Assembly: GCF_002571385.2 (NCBI RefSeq)
Contig: NW_019217814.1
Location: 362,417 to 425,170, forward strand
DNA: 62,754 nucleotides
Source of the DNA: Stylophora pistillata
Lineage: Eukaryota
Direction of reading: 5' to 3'
Shown in pieces: positions 1-14,621 of the stretch. Within the stretch, counting starts at the first letter, position 1. Each line of letters begins with the position of its first letter. The notes beneath the pieces were generated by a model. It was not told where the DNA came from, ran no database searches, and saw only the letters and a program-made list of their open reading frames with translations. Position numbers and translations under genes: made by a program.

Positions 1-2146
1 CTTCCATCACCCTCTATAAATGGTAAGTGCCAAAGTATTTAAATGAAACTCACCAACTGCAAATTTGAGAAAATTCTAAGTAAAATGACAAAGAAAATGA
101 ATCAGTTGCTGCTTCAATTCTAGCCTTGGTAACAATTATGCACTTTAGGTCTAAAATCCAAACCATACAAATATTGGAAAACGAAACAGAATGGACTGAT
201 TTTTTTCTAAGAACCAAATTGCTACTTTCAGATACGGCTTCTGGCCCGTAAATAAAAACGGCCGCCGGAATATGGAAAATGGAATGCTTCGGTCTCACTG
301 ATAGGGTTGCCCGGTTTGCACAACCGTGAGCGCTAAAAGCAAGACAAAAAATGTTGATTAATAGTTTAAATATCTACAAGGCTATTCTGCACATGAATAA
401 CGGCCGACTTCCTCGGAGATTATTTTTATCAAGAGATTATTTTTATCATGTAGAACTATCTGCCACTTCTGATGTGAGCCCCTCCCTTCTCTGTGTACAT
501 TTTCACGCCCTATTTAAAAATTTAATTTACCTCCACCTTATATTGTCACAAATCCTTAAATGTTTGCGATCAGTTGCGCTTTTGCTACAGTAGGTTCTGG
601 AGTTTATTACTACAGGAAACTAGATACAGATAAGCAATGGTGACCTATTCGGCTTTCATTTTCATGTAAGATTTAAAAAAACATGATGAGACAAACTTCT
701 TTGTGAAGTCTTTCTGAACAAGTCAATAAATCGATTATTTCTATTTCTAGAAAAATAACATTTCGGGTATTTAAGTTGGTTCCAGAATAAATCATCTTAA
801 TGGATTCGGCGAACGTTGTTGATTTTGATAAACATCCACATAAATGATGTCAAAACAAGCTGATCGAGTGTTTGTAGCTACGGAACCAAAAATAGAAAAA
901 CCACAATTTACTTAAATACGCAAGTATGTTTTAAAGGTATTAGTTCAATGCCGCCCTTCCGATGGAGGAAAATTTTGAGCATGACAGTTAGCTCAGTGGA
1001 AGGAAATCAACGCTGATACACACATTAAGAAAGCACAGCACTTCTTTTAAATCTGGTCTAGTCTAAATCTTGCCAGATAACAGTTTTTCTTTCGGTTAGT
1101 AAGCGACCAGACACAACAGATTAAGCAACAACGTATACGCCCAGACTTTTTTCATCACGAAATGACGCAGATACCCATCGACTTACGTCAGAAAATCTAT
1201 GTTTAACCGGCAAAGCCGGAAAAAAAAAATTGTTTGCACGACTCCTTTACACCTTCAACCGGACATTACCTCTTCTGTTACGTCTTTGATAGCGGCGGAA
1301 AAGCCCAAAAAATAGTCGTAAAATTAGGGATAGGCAGCTAAGCACAGAAGATAATTTAGAGGAAGAATGACATTTAGGGAGAGGCTGGAAACTACCTCAC
1401 AACAAATAATATTTCCCGCTGGATTACACCAGCAAAGTCAATTGTAAGACAGATTCCATGACTAACGTCTAGTAGCAATGTAATCTCGCTCACTTTTAAA
1501 GAACAGCTTCGTTGCGTTAACGCTACAAGTGTCTTTGTTAACTAGATTGTAATTTTTTTTCGTAATTTTCAAGTTGCATGTTGTTTTGAAAGTAAGCCGT
1601 TTAGCCGCACAATCAAAGCCGTGCAACATAAAGATGATAACTCTAACCATAAAAAAACAAAAGCATTACATCAGTCCAAAAATATTCAAACAACAGCCGT
1701 TTTTCATCAAAGGAAGAAAACATGGAGACCATTATCGCTTACTCTATCTTTGAATTTCCCCATGTGGTTTTTTAGGCGTGTCGCCCTCATCACCGGAAAT
1801 TGCTTTCTAACAACCGCTCTTCGTTTGACTTCTAATCAGATGACAGTCTCTCTTCCTATTTCCCAATCCTCGAGCGGACTCACTCATCCCAAAAATTCCC
1901 CTTAGTCACACGTGTGCCAACTGGAATTGTTATGTCTCTGAACAAGATACTTTGCTAGCAATGTATTGTGTCCCTGTTACACCTGGAAGTGAAAACGCTA
2001 CCAGTAACGATCTAGCTCTTCTCTATATAAACCGTGAATGAGTACCAGTAGTTACACGAGGCCTTGGTCTCTACTACCTAATTAACCAGTTTGGAAAATT
2101 CTTTGAGATGAGTGTGTATTGACGTTAACTAATGATATATTAACTC

Positions 2147-4203
2147 TCAGGAAACATCCTTGTAAAGCTTGTGCCATTTTTCGATATGCCTGCTCGGAGA
2201 TTCGATCATTGACTTCCACTGCTCCTGCCCAGACCCGAAGGAATCAAATCCAAGAATAGCCGTTCCTAAACTCCCGCCGCTAGTGTTGATCTCCGAATGA
2301 TTCACTATCTTGAGCACCACGGTTGTAAGCGATATCTGGTCAGCGGAAATATTGAAATTAAATTTTTCGTTGTACACGGGATTGAGGCTCCGTCTCTTCA
2401 CGCGCGTATTGGCCTTAGATAAGCGGACACCGTCACAGTAAAGTACAAGCTTCACGTACGGGTCTGTAGACGAAGAAACGTAAAAGTTAAGGTGGCTCTG
2501 TTTGGTTGCAAACACAACAACTTGAAGTTCATTTCGTATGCGCCGTTTCTTTTTGTTGTGTTATCTCACAAAAATGCATCAGGTGTATTCTATATAATTA
2601 ATATTTTAGGGTTGCTAAAAATAAAAATAAAATGCTTATCGACCATTGATCATTTGTTTTGTTGAAAATTAAATGAGCCTGCAATAACTCACCTGTACGG
2701 TCAGCAATTGCTTTCGGTAATCCCCGGATCTTGGTTACTGTTACGATAAGTCGACCGCTGATCGGTCGAAAACACAACGATACACAGAGTTCTCCAATGT
2801 CAGCGGCTTCCATCTGATCAATAAAAGACAATCGAGAGTAAATCTTGTTTAAGTACGGAGTTTTAATTCATTATCCAGCGAAAAGGTGATGAAAAATAGG
2901 AACAATTCATAGCTGAAGGGTGTTATCTTTATGTTGAACCAAACTCTCTTCATAACATTACAAAGAAATGTATATCAGCTGGAATGGAGAATTGAAATCA
3001 GATCATAGAACTTAAATGGTTGAGAGGAACAGACATAAAAAAAAATCATTAAAGAACACAGTTGTCTGTTTAACTTACCCCGAACGGAGGTAGAGGGGAT
3101 AGGTACAGCCACTTGGTGATCGAAAACGAGGGTCTGTTCTCCATCAACTTTAACTCCGACAAAGGGAATAGTATTTCTCCTATGACGTCATCTGCATATC
3201 GGTCTTTTAATTTGTCGTGAAAGTTCACCACTCTGAACTTCAACTCGTATTCTTTGATCCTATCCTTTGAAAAACCTGAAATAACAAAAGTCTCGTTGAA
3301 AACAGGATCTGGTGTTCCTTCGATGATTTTTGTTCTTTGCCAGCAGAACTGCTGTGGTAGTAGCGATATCTTCACCAGTGGGTTAATTCCTTCCTTGTTA
3401 TCAGTTATAGGAAGGCCCATGGCCTTTATTATGTTCACTTGAAGTTCTGTTTTAGCAACATTGTAGTGAAGGGCAAACCGAACCTTTCCAAGTTTTCCAT
3501 CCACGTTATCAGGCGATGGTGTTTGATCTTCTCCTATGAGACCTATCTCTTTCAAGTTCATCGCATTCGGGTTATTATCTGGCAAATCTAAGTGCCCCTT
3601 TTCTGGTGTGGATGTGGGAATAGAATTCCCTTTCTTTCTCTTCCCAGGACTGTTTTCCTCCCCAGAAAAACCCGAATCCTTGTCCTGTTTAAAACTGCTG
3701 TCTTCCCTTAACACCTCTTCTTCAGTCTTGTCCAAGTTATCTTCAAGTGACGCATGTGTACTAGAATCAGATTCTTGAACATCCGGGGTACATACCGTCA
3801 CTTTCTCACGTGACCTGTGATCAGTCTCGTCTCCAGAGACAGAGCTTTCGTCATTGAATGTAGTCGAATCGCCATTTACAATTTCATTAGAATAGTTACA
3901 CAGTCGATGGTAGTAGTACCTTGTAGGAGGACAGGGAAAACTACGGTTTTTCGTCTCTTGAACGTTCAAAGATACAGTTTTAGGGAAAGAAGAGTCTACA
4001 ATCTTGTCTCCCATGACGAGTTGTATTTTTTGCGAGGCTTCTTTCGCGGTAAGCGCACGTGACTTTTTCCCTGTTATCTTTTTGTAGGCGCTGACTCCTA
4101 GGACTACTAAGAGGTAGCCGATGGCGAAGCCCAAGAGGATTGGCAGGACAAGAATGCCGAAAAGACATAACAATCCCGTGTTGTTGGATGCAAAGCGTGT
4201 CAT
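2147..4203 (-). CDS. Synaptotagmin-like protein (TM + C2A + C2B), paralog 1; exons 4203-3079, 2813-2693, 2463-2147; about 520 aa
   Basis: N-terminal hydrophobic segment (LLCLFGILVLPILLGFAIGYLLVVLGV). C2A motifs GKVRFALHY...DPVFNETF and C2B motifs GELCVSLCF...DPYVKL...LNPVYNEKF...KWHKL. GT/AG introns with matching phases (0 then 1). The frame stays open to an acceptor at 4241, so a short upstream coding exon is possible. Confidence 0.9.
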
Positions 4204-7200
4204 AAAATTAGCTGATTGTGGTTTACTGCGGGGATCAAAGTCTGAAAAACGAAATAAAAATTATGCTTGTTTAACTTAACGGGAAATCCATGGCGTTTAA
4301 AACGCAACTTGCCAAGTGGCATGAAACCATTCCCTTGTTGACAAACATAACAAAGCAACTAAAGCTACTGAAGAGCCATGGTGGAATAATTAAATAACAC
4401 CACTGATCTTAGTGAGAATATAAAATGAGAACAATATTCCCTGCACACTTGCGAGTAAATATTGTTAGCAATAAACTGTAACTGAATCAGTGATTTTCTT
4501 AATTCGTCAGTAAAACGGCAAAATGCTAACTCCAGAGAAGGAGAAAATCATACAAATAAAAGACATCGCGGAATTTGAATTGGTCAAAGAGGCTTAAAAA
4601 TCTGGCCCATCTGTTAGTTTTCCCGTTACTACGGTCTAAAGATAATTTTTACCATTTCAAAGCCTGCAGTTTTCGCGAAAAGATTATTTCGAATTATGAT
4701 CAAAATGATAAATAGCCAAGCTGATGTCAAATTATTTTATCGGCCCATGACTCTATCGAAATCATTTTTTATTTTTGAGCGGGCCGGGTAAAAAGCGGAA
4801 ACTCTCGCATGGAGTTCACGTTTTTCAACAAGGCCCGCATAAGACGGAGGTATTGAAATGCAAACCAAAAGATGAACTGTTATTCACACTGATCTGCGAT
4901 GGGAATCTAACATTGCAATAAATTCGCAATGATGAAGAGTTTTTCTGCCATGGCTATCAACAACTATTGTTGCATTGGGTAAATATCAAAAATTTTATCT
5001 TACATGTATTTCTTATTTATAAAATAGCGAGATAGACATTTCCCAGCTATCTTCATGCCTTCACAAAGATCCACCTTAAAATCCTTATCGGTGATAATTG
5101 TGTAACAGCAAGTGCTCAAACATTCACGATTCTTGGACGAATATTTTGCCCGTATCAAGTCCACTTTGATCCGAAGTCTTCTCATAAAAAAGTAAAAACC
5201 ATTGACAACGATTTGATATCGCAGTTGCAATAAGAAATCTTTTTACAGGGAAGAGAGACGTTATCAATGAATTCATTTGCCATAAAAAACGTCTTACCGC
5301 GTTTAATTCTCTTACTGTCGTTTGTCCTGGACGACTTGTAATGTCGATGTGAAGTTGGAAGAAGTGGCGCCATAATTTACATCTCTTATCCAAGTTACGC
5401 TAAACCAGAATAGATTTACTACGAGTTTCAACTCCACCATCGCCGTGAATTCACTCTCTCTGTCCTCGCTATTTCTCTTAAATTCACTTCTTGTTTAACA
5501 ACTCAGAGATAAAAAGTCACTTTTGTAACGATTCACCAATTTTTCATAGAGTGCGTTATAATTGTACAAACTCGCTCGAGCGCATTTTGAATGTATCATC
5601 ATCAAAATGCATTTGCATATGAAAGGAGAGACGTGTCTGTTTTTATTATGTTTTGGCCGAGCAAGCGGCTCAGCAGTTTACACAGGTGGATCGAATTCGG
5701 TCGTTCAGGGAGACACTGGTATAGTAGACATTATAACAGAGTTGAAAAAAATTTACAAATATTTCACTTCTCCTGAATAGGCACATGGTGCATTACATGG
5801 TTTTGTAGTTGCACAGCAAATGGTGACGGTTCATGTATGCATGCAGTTCAAGTAAGGAGGATAAAATGTGCTAGAAACGCTCAAGTTCGTTGATGGTGTT
5901 CAAGTCTTCTTTAAAAAGATCTCGTTTTCTCTTTGTTTCTTGAGGACAAACCTGACTCTCAACTGTGACGGAAGTAAAAGTTACTATGCCTGGGCATCCA
6001 GAGAGCAAAACAACAGAACACATTTAGTATCAAAATGTGATATCACTACGACAGACAATTATTCTGAATAAGTCCTTCCTCTTTCACTAGATTTTCCCTA
6101 TTTGCGAGTCTGGATCGATTCAAGCTTGGAAGTGATATCATATGGATCCAATCGCCAATTAAGCACCATCTGTATATAAACTGTAACTGCGATACTGCTC
6201 AACAACAAATTCATAACCGCGCCAAAATTAAACAGACTAAACAGTGGTCAGTAATTGGTCATTTGCTAGTGAAATGTCTCACAATTGGCACCAGGTGTGA
6301 CGATTTGATCTTTCACCCCTGTCTAAGTATAAGCCATAGCTGATTTCGAGCAACAAATAATAAAAATATCTATGAATTTAACCACCTTTCAGCATTCAAC
6401 GTTGCATGTCAATAAAGCATCTTGAACTTATTCAGAGCACATTCCAACAAAATCTTAGCGGCGGTATTAGGACCTCTCTTAGCAACGGAATATTCAGTAA
6501 CCAAAAAAGAATTGAAGCATTTGCATGCTCCGAACAGGTGAAATTTAAAACGAGAAGTATCACTTTATTCTGTAAGAATGCAGTTAAGTGTAACACTTTG
6601 AGGTTGTGGCAAATTCATCAAACTTGATCAAACCAACAAAGGATAGAAAAAAACCAAATAGTTATAAAGATGAGAATCCAATTCCAGATCTATCTTTTTT
6701 AATCATCCTTTCGATTGAACTTCAATGATGAATTAGAAAGAGACGACTCTGGTTTTATAGTAAGGATTAAAAAATTCGTTTTGACTTTAGAACAGGATCG
6801 GTCAGGATCCTACAAGCTATTATGATTAAAAATAGAATTTCAGTTGCGCTAAACCAAGTTTCTTTGTCTTGAAATTGGCCACCGCTGCAGTGATCTTTTA
6901 AAAATATCAAGAAAAATAATTGTCATTATTTAATGTCCATTCTAACAATGTTTTTCGTGTGCTAAATCAAGCATTTCTTACCTCTAAAGGTCGGTAGCGT
7001 CATGCTTGACGAATCCTCCGATAGCCGCCATTTCATCATGGCGAAAAACAAAGGCTTCTGCCCAGCCTTCCACAAGTCGTGACGTCATCATGGCCACCGG
7101 CTCTGATCGACGGGTCCTACTGTTTTCCTCTCAAGCGCGGATATTCAACTAAAAACTTGGTCATTGAGTGTTTCACTTATGCTCGGAATAGCATGCATGG

Positions 7201-7781
7201 AAACTCGAAAAATGACATTGAGAAACCTAGTTGATAAATTGCTTGTCAAAATGCAGTGAGTTTTCATTTTCAATTTTTGCTTCCTCTACGCGACACACTG
7301 TCCGATATCTTTAGAGATTCCTTGCGATATTAGTGATTCAGGAGTCTGGAGGACTAAAAAAAAAAAATGCTTCAATTTATGGATCCTTATTTCATTAAAC
7401 CTACGATCAACCTACAAAGCTGTTGGAACATTTCTTTCGCAATGACGGACTTGATTTTCACCAGCTTTTTCTAGGAAAAAGTAATAAAAAGGTTGTTGTC
7501 GCATAGTTTAAAGTCCTGGGAATACAAAATTCTATGCTGGTCAATTAGACAACCAGATAATAAATTATCTGTTAATCTCTGACTAGCCTGGTGTCCCTGT
7601 GTTCCTCTAATGCAGAATACAACGATGATAGCAAAATCTAAAGTTGTGACGTCACTGTTGCCATGACTACGCTCTAATTCACGCCATACCCGACGTCAAC
7701 ACGTGACCAGCAGAGGTGACGTTCAAGTGGAAGATGCTGGAGATGTTGATGGAAATTTTCTTGGGGTTGTTCCCTTAGATT

Positions 7782-10700
7782 ATGGAAATACTGTCAAATG
7801 GAACAATACAGTATGCTTTGAGTAAGTAACACTAAAGCGTGCTTATTTAGGAAACTTTATGGAAATTAGATATAATGATTGATACAAGCGGTGTTTGAAG
7901 GTTTAGTGCACACACAGCATGGACATTCTGCAGGTCACGAGTGCACGTTTGCAACCAATTTTTGTCTGGTAAATTTGATATTTGTTGCAAAGTAAACTTC
8001 TTTAGGTAGCAACTATAGTCCTTACTCTTTAGCTTAGAACGTCCATGCTACAAAACGGGATAACAAATGTAGCAATAGGTTTTCTACTGAGTTAGCTCAG
8101 GGCGCTGCACTTTTGTCAACAACTGGTATTAGCAGTATTTCAGTCTCACCCTTTTTTATGGCTTTCGCTTAACACTGCTGATAAACACCAACACAGGGTT
8201 TGGCGACAAACCCACCAATAACACAACCGTTCATAGATGGTTCGATAAAGTCTATTATAAACGTCAGAACTTTGAAAATTGCAATTTTTGTGTTCGCGGA
8301 GAAAGTTCTTTTAAGCTAGCTACGCCCATCTCTAAAATAGGCATTCCCAAAGGGCGTGAATACAGTTAGTTACACGGAATGACATGGATGTTTACACGAT
8401 AAACTAATAATAATTGAGCAATGTGTGACTTAAAAAGATCATTAAATCTTTTCTTTGAAATGAAGCTGCATTTCTAATCTGATAAAGAAAAAGGAATGTT
8501 ATTGGAAAAAATTTCCTTTTCTAGCTTGGCACGACGGGTGGATTGACGGGTGGCAACAATCATCATTTGTTTTAGGGGAGTGTGATCTTGAATTAAAAGC
8601 ATGTCTTTCTATGTTTCTAATTTCGATTTTGTTCCTCTCACAGAGGAACAAGGGAACGAACCATAGCAAGATATGTTGGAAATCCTGAATAAATGTACAA
8701 AAGTTATTATTATAAGTCCCGTTCCTTCCATGATCTCGACTCCAGAAAAATAGCAAATTTCCTCCAAAAGTGTTTTTTTTAACAAGTTCTACTGTTAGCT
8801 ACAAACGTGAGTTTTAAGTGATTTTGCTGAGAGCTTTAATAATTGTTACACATGTACTTTTTTCTGGAACTTTTCCAAGGAAGGAGAACCCGGTTAGGGT
8901 CATTCAGATAATTCGCGGGTGACCGATTTTCATTTTGTTGTAGAGTTTTTGTGAATAGGGAGATTAGGAATCTATGGGATACATTCTCACTGTGTTCCTA
9001 AGTGGTTTCCTTCTTCGTACTTTGGGTCTCATGAACATAGCCGAAAGAATATAGGTTCAATTATTTTTAAAAGCCTGTTTCATTCCAAGACAGAAATTAT
9101 CATTCCAATTAAAATGAACAACTTTTTCATGAGTGCGGAATTAATTTTAGCCAACCTGTCTACAAATATTGAGCTTCCAAAGAAGTTATTTTTTAGTGTA
9201 TAAATCTAAATTTTGTTCAGCGATCTATATCATTAAAAAAAATCTATCCTTTTATAATTTCAACTTACAACTTCTCTAGAGACTCTGAGTTATTTTCACG
9301 TAACCTATTTACTTTATTTCAGACCTTTCTGACCAGACCAGTGAGGAAACTTACGTCACACCACAGGATAATTCAGCTGATATCAGCGCGTTCTTTTTCC
9401 CCGCCATTGGTGCGTTTCTTATGCTCATGTTTGGCGGTTTACTTTTTTCAAGCGGAAGTGTCCTGTGCAGAAGCAAAAAAATGTCGGAGGATAAGTTCAA
9501 AAGAAAATTTGAACAGCGATATGGGCGACGGATGATTCGTTTTCATAACATACCGGAGAAAATTGCAAAAGAGCCATCTTCTGTGCTGCAGCAAGAAAAC
9601 AACGACGTCGTGGATGCTGTTAGGAAAGATTATCAAGACCTACCACAGTACCAACCAGTCACTGGATTAGTTGGCAATATCGCGGGATTACTTGGGCAGA
9701 CATGCGTCGTCAACATATCCAAGCCGGAAATCAGAGATACAGGTGTAAGTCCGATTCATTTCAACGCAAAAGATCGCGAAAATTCTTCGTATCAAGACAG
9801 AGATGACGGGGTAGAATGTTCTAGCAAAGACGATTGCGCGCGAAGAAACCCCACAGCGTCCAGTGGAATAGGTACAGATTCTCCGGAGAGTTATGAAGTT
9901 GATAGTTTAGAAGAGTATCCTATCAGTGAACATTGTTCTTTAAGTGCTCAAGAAGGAGAAATATATGAGATACCTGGCAGACATCAGACGCCTAAATTTG
10001 ACCGTGGGGTGTATAGTGGTGGACGGTCAAGTGTGCTGCAGTTAGAAAGTGCCCCAAGTACTTTATGCGTTAAAGGCTGTCGTTGTCGCATACACGGCGC
10101 AGGTGCTGACAAAAAGAGAACTAAGGAAGCGAAGCCTCGCGTGAACTAAACACGACTTACTTGGGGTGATATTGCACGAAACTCGAATGAAATTCAGAAT
10201 CATGGGAGTGAAAATGACGCACATGCAACGTTGAGTGAAATGATAAGGCCTCAAACTCCAGGTGCAAGGATATCTGGTTCTCTAACTTCAGAGAATATCA
10301 AAGGAATGAGTCAAAGTCCATTGGGACGCATGGATTTAGAAAAGTGGCTAAACGATGTGGAAGCGTCCCGCAGTGAAGGAGGAAAAGTCTGCACTTCAAC
10401 ATCTGAGTCTCCTGACGAAGAAATTGGGAGGTGTGGGAATGCAACGCATGAGAGAGATTCTTATTCGAGCCGAAGACGAATGCGTGCACCTCTTCAGGAA
10501 AGTTTACAGTTGTTGGAAAAACTGCAGTTAGTTTCAGAAGATGATTTGCCCTTGGCTCAGAACTCAGTCCATCGTGGAGGTCGCACAAGCTGCTTGCAAA
10601 CGGTAAAGGCACCAGGCTCACTGTGTTTGGGTCCAGGTAGTTGCAAAGGACATGGTGAGTTTCAGATGATGTCTAGGCAGTCAAATTTGCCAACTAAGAT

Positions 10701-12033
10701 AACAGCTGATGAGAGTTCTGAATATCTGAATGACGATCGCCAGCTGGTTACATCAAGAACTGAGCGCCTCGCGAAAGGTGGAAGACAAAGTAGTTTAAAT
10801 TTCCTCAGAGCGTCTAGTGAAATATGTATCTATGGACCTTCGTGTAGAGTTCATTGCCAGAAAATGGTAGCGAACTTTCCCTACACACCTAAGAAAGGTT
10901 TTAAAGCGGAATTACATTCTGAGCAAACAGAACTGAGAGGTGCCAGCATTTTTGGTGCATTTCAAAGTGAGGAAGGAGATAGAGGGATCATGAAGACTAC
11001 GGCAAAACAGCGTGAATTTGTGAACACGGAGAACAAAGAGAATGAAATTCGAGGGGCTAGCATCTTTGGTGATTTTTGCGCTGTGAGAGAAATAAACTTG
11101 AGAGGAGCGAGCAGCTTTGCTGAGCAGCCTAAAAGTAAGGTCCATAGTGGTTGCAGTTGTGGTGATGTAGCGAATAATTCTCAATTATACTTGGAAGACA
11201 ATAGGGGTGCAAGTTGCTTTGCACCGATTGATGAAAGTACATTTGGTACATCAAGCGTCACATTAAGCTTCGCAGTGGAATCCGATACAGAAAGTTTTGT
11301 TCTGGATAAAACATTGGGTCAGAGGAAAAGGACCGGGTCTGCTATAGAGAAAGATAGCGTGGTAGATGATAAGTTGACATTTGGAAAGAAATACCAAACT
11401 GTGGATGGTAGCATCCCAATTGTTAAAAGCTCAGAAAAAAAGGATGTTGATCTTGTCCAAAAAGAACATTCAAAACGTTTTGATGAGTGCATTTTAAAAG
11501 TGGGTAAAGACACTGAAATAATGTCTACACTTTTAAGCGCACTTCGCCGAGATGGGGAAAAACGTAAACTGCAAAAGGTCAACCAATGACCTAACTACCT
11601 TACGTGTGACAAGGAAGCTTTAGTAGGAAACCTTAAAGTGTCTGTTTTGTACAAGAAAGGTAATTCTGTCACCCCTTTGCTTTACGTCTCTATTTTGGGT
11701 CTTGAAGTTGCCCTAAATGAAAATATTACGCCAGACTGCGATATTTACGTAAAAGTTTGCCTATTTCCAAACTTCTCAACATGGCAGCGCACAAGGACGC
11801 TAAACATTTCGGAAAGCCGCGTTTTGAGAGACCATTTTGTAATATCTGGAGTAAAAGCAGTGGATTTAGGAGAAGCTATCCTCCGATTTGTGGTTGTTCG
11901 TGTAGAAGAGGACAGAAAACCCGTTGCTCAGTTGGACGTGTCACTAGAGGAACTTAAGTCATGTGATAAATTCAAAAGGACTTATACGCTGCGCGCGCCT
12001 ACCTACAACACTGAGTATGATGGGACTACTTGA
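7782..12033 (+). pseudogene. Synaptotagmin-like paralog 2 (TM + long repeat linker + single C2); exons 7782-7821 and 9323-12033; interrupted by in-frame TAA at 10147 and TGA at 11587
   Basis: ORFs 9421, 10231 and 11638 share one frame, and the sequence between them is open apart from single stops. The C2 start GNLKVSVLY and DIYVKVCLFP...WQRTR follow the TGA. The phase-1 first exon MEILSNGTIQYAL joins the acceptor at 9323 ahead of the TM segment. Confidence 0.7.
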
Positions 12034-13585
12034 AATGGATAAAAATTGATTGAGAAACTACTCTGTATATGACTGAAGGAAGCGGAAACCCACAATAACT
12101 ATCACTTTTAATGGAAAAGTGTTATATATATTTTGTACCGAATAAAGATATTATTGTGACTTTTGTAATATCGGAGAGATTATCAAGAAAACAGGTTTTG
12201 GCTTGCTTGAACATCGTAAAAGATTCAACTCCATTTTTCATGATTAAAAAAAAACCGCCAAACTTCCTCAATTCTAATTATTCTTGAGACTTTTCAAGCA
12301 AAGATTTTGTCTCTTTTAGAGTTTATCTTTTCTGGGAGCTATTATTTTGAGATTTCCTGCCAATTTACGTCTTACTATATTTAACGACCTAAAACAATTC
12401 AATATATCTCGACTGACGTACTCTTTAAGGGTCTACTCATCATGAAACCAAAAACAGATGCTATTTTAGTTTTACTTACATGCACAACAAGAGGATGTTT
12501 ACGCAAGACGAAATGCTTCACTTTCGAGAAACTTGAAATTAGGAATCTTTCAAACTGTTCATAATAGATGGTTAATTAGCTTTCAAAATTTAAATGCATG
12601 GGGTTCATTCGAAAAGGGTTTGATTAATTAACCCTCTAATACCACCTAAATAAATTTATTTCACTTTACACCGAAACGAAACCGAGATTGAAGAAAAAAA
12701 ATCTCTTAAGGCTTTCCTGTTTGTAGCCTCTGGACAAGCAGGCAGTTTAAGCCCAGTGTAACTCAAATATTTTCCTTTTTTTAACCATATTTTCTTTGTT
12801 GCCGAGAAGAATGTACCATTCATTCGAGTCTGTGAAGTGACATAACCTTTATTATGTATTTCTCGCCTTAAAGAGAAAGCTTTAAAAAATCATAGTTAAT
12901 TATGAAAAATCTTATAGCGGCAGGTGCTTTAGAATGGTAATTGCCATTTTGCATGGAATGTTGTTTTCAAAGGTTGAAAATAAAACCAATCAAGGAATTC
13001 ACTGCAAGACGTCAAAAATCGATGAAAATCAAACGGAAAGATAATAAACCAACAAAAAGTAAGCGATAATCGAGAGGTGTTTACATGACATCGACCTTGA
13101 GAGCTTTACATTAATGTATTGTGGTTGAATATGGAACGCGAGAAGGGGGTGAAAAACAGATTGGCGGTCCAAAAACCATCATTTGACATTGATCGAACAG
13201 TAGTTCATTTATTCCAAGAGTAATCTAATTTATTTCAGAGTAAATACTGTTTCTGGAGCATGTATGACGCAAAGAGAACTGAGTGGGTAAGCAGTGTTTT
13301 GCATAACAACAAACCCACGGCCGAATCCATCAACATGTTACGCACGAATGAATACGGAACTTTGAAGGTCTTTATGATGGACAGATACAAAAGGCTCTTT
13401 AATAAGCCTTATTTATATTCACAACTCATTTGTATCAGTAAATGACCTACTCGACCCCGCGAAAAGTCCAGGTAAGCAGAGCCTTCGACACGTTCACGCA
13501 TTAAGAAGTTCCCGTTTGGTTGTGACACGAGAAGGCAAGGTTTTTTTACAGCCGAAAAAGGAGACATGACTTCAGAAACGTTCAA

Positions 13586-14621
13586 ATGACGGTACGTAGG
13601 CAGGGTATAGTTAAAAATACTTAAACTTTGGCATGCTTTTAAATCTACGGTAAGTTTTGAAGAATTCTCTACTTCATTACCATTCATATATTTTGTTTTT
13701 TTCCGACAGGATCCCAGCGTTCTTGGTGTGATTTTGGGATCTGTGCTTGGATTTCTGGCCGGAGTCATCGTAGTCTGTGTTGGATATTTTGTTTATGCAA
13801 AGCGATCGGGAAATTATAGTCCACTTTCGCGGGATGTACGCGCCAAGATCGATTACTATTCCGCCTCAAGTCCCGAAGGCGCGTTCCTCGCCGCACAAAC
13901 TCGACCAGTTCAAGTCCAACCAAATGTATATACGCTAGCAAAGTCTTCCGCAGAATCTTACCCGGAAATAACTGAGTTGAACGATGTTGAACAACAGAGA
14001 ATTCGCATAACGAAGCCTTACGAAGCTGGCGCAATTACTACCATCCAAGAGGACAGCGAGGATGTTGAAGATGGGAGCGCTCGAAGTCTTCAAAGAAGTG
14101 GGTTGAGTGGCTCAGACAAGCCAAAACTATCAAAGCGAATGAGTTTACCTTCCAACCTTAAATCTGATGGATTGTTCAATCCTAACCCAGAAGAATTTTT
14201 AAAAAAGAAATTGTCATCAGAGGAGGAGGAATGTCGGCTTGAATTCTCGTGTTTTTACGATACGGCCAGTCGTGAATTACACATTACCGTCATTCAAGTT
14301 GTTGGGATTTCTACGCCAGACGAAAGTTTCTTGCGCCCGCCTAATTGCAGCGTTAAAATGCGCATATTACCCGAAATGTTGTCGTGGCAGTGGACGCGCA
14401 AAATTTCTCGTACCACGAATCCAGCTTTCAACGAGACTTTCATCGTACCTGGTTTTGTTCATAACAAATTACGAGAGTGCACCGTGCACTTTGTGGTATT
14501 GGATTTTGATCATGTGCAAGACAATGTTTATGTGATTGGGGAAGTATTCATGCCATTGTCAGAACTACGAGCCAACAGACTTGAGAAGATTGTCAAAAGA
14601 GTAAACCCGCTTTCTTTCTAA
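13586..14621 (+). CDS. Synaptotagmin-like paralog 3 (TM + single C2A); exons 13586-13591 and 13710-14621; about 305 aa
   Basis: ATG ACG|gtacgt donor and ttccgacag acceptor in phase 0. TM segment VLGVILGSVLGFLAGVIVVCVGYFVYA. C2 motifs LEFSCFYD, NPAFNETF, VLDFD, VIGEV. Confidence 0.82.

Noticed and set aside
11587-11589. Selenocysteine or alternative genetic code explanation for the in-frame stops
   Set aside because: Two of the three stops are TAA, no SECIS was recognised, and neighbouring genes terminate normally with TGA, TAA and TAG.
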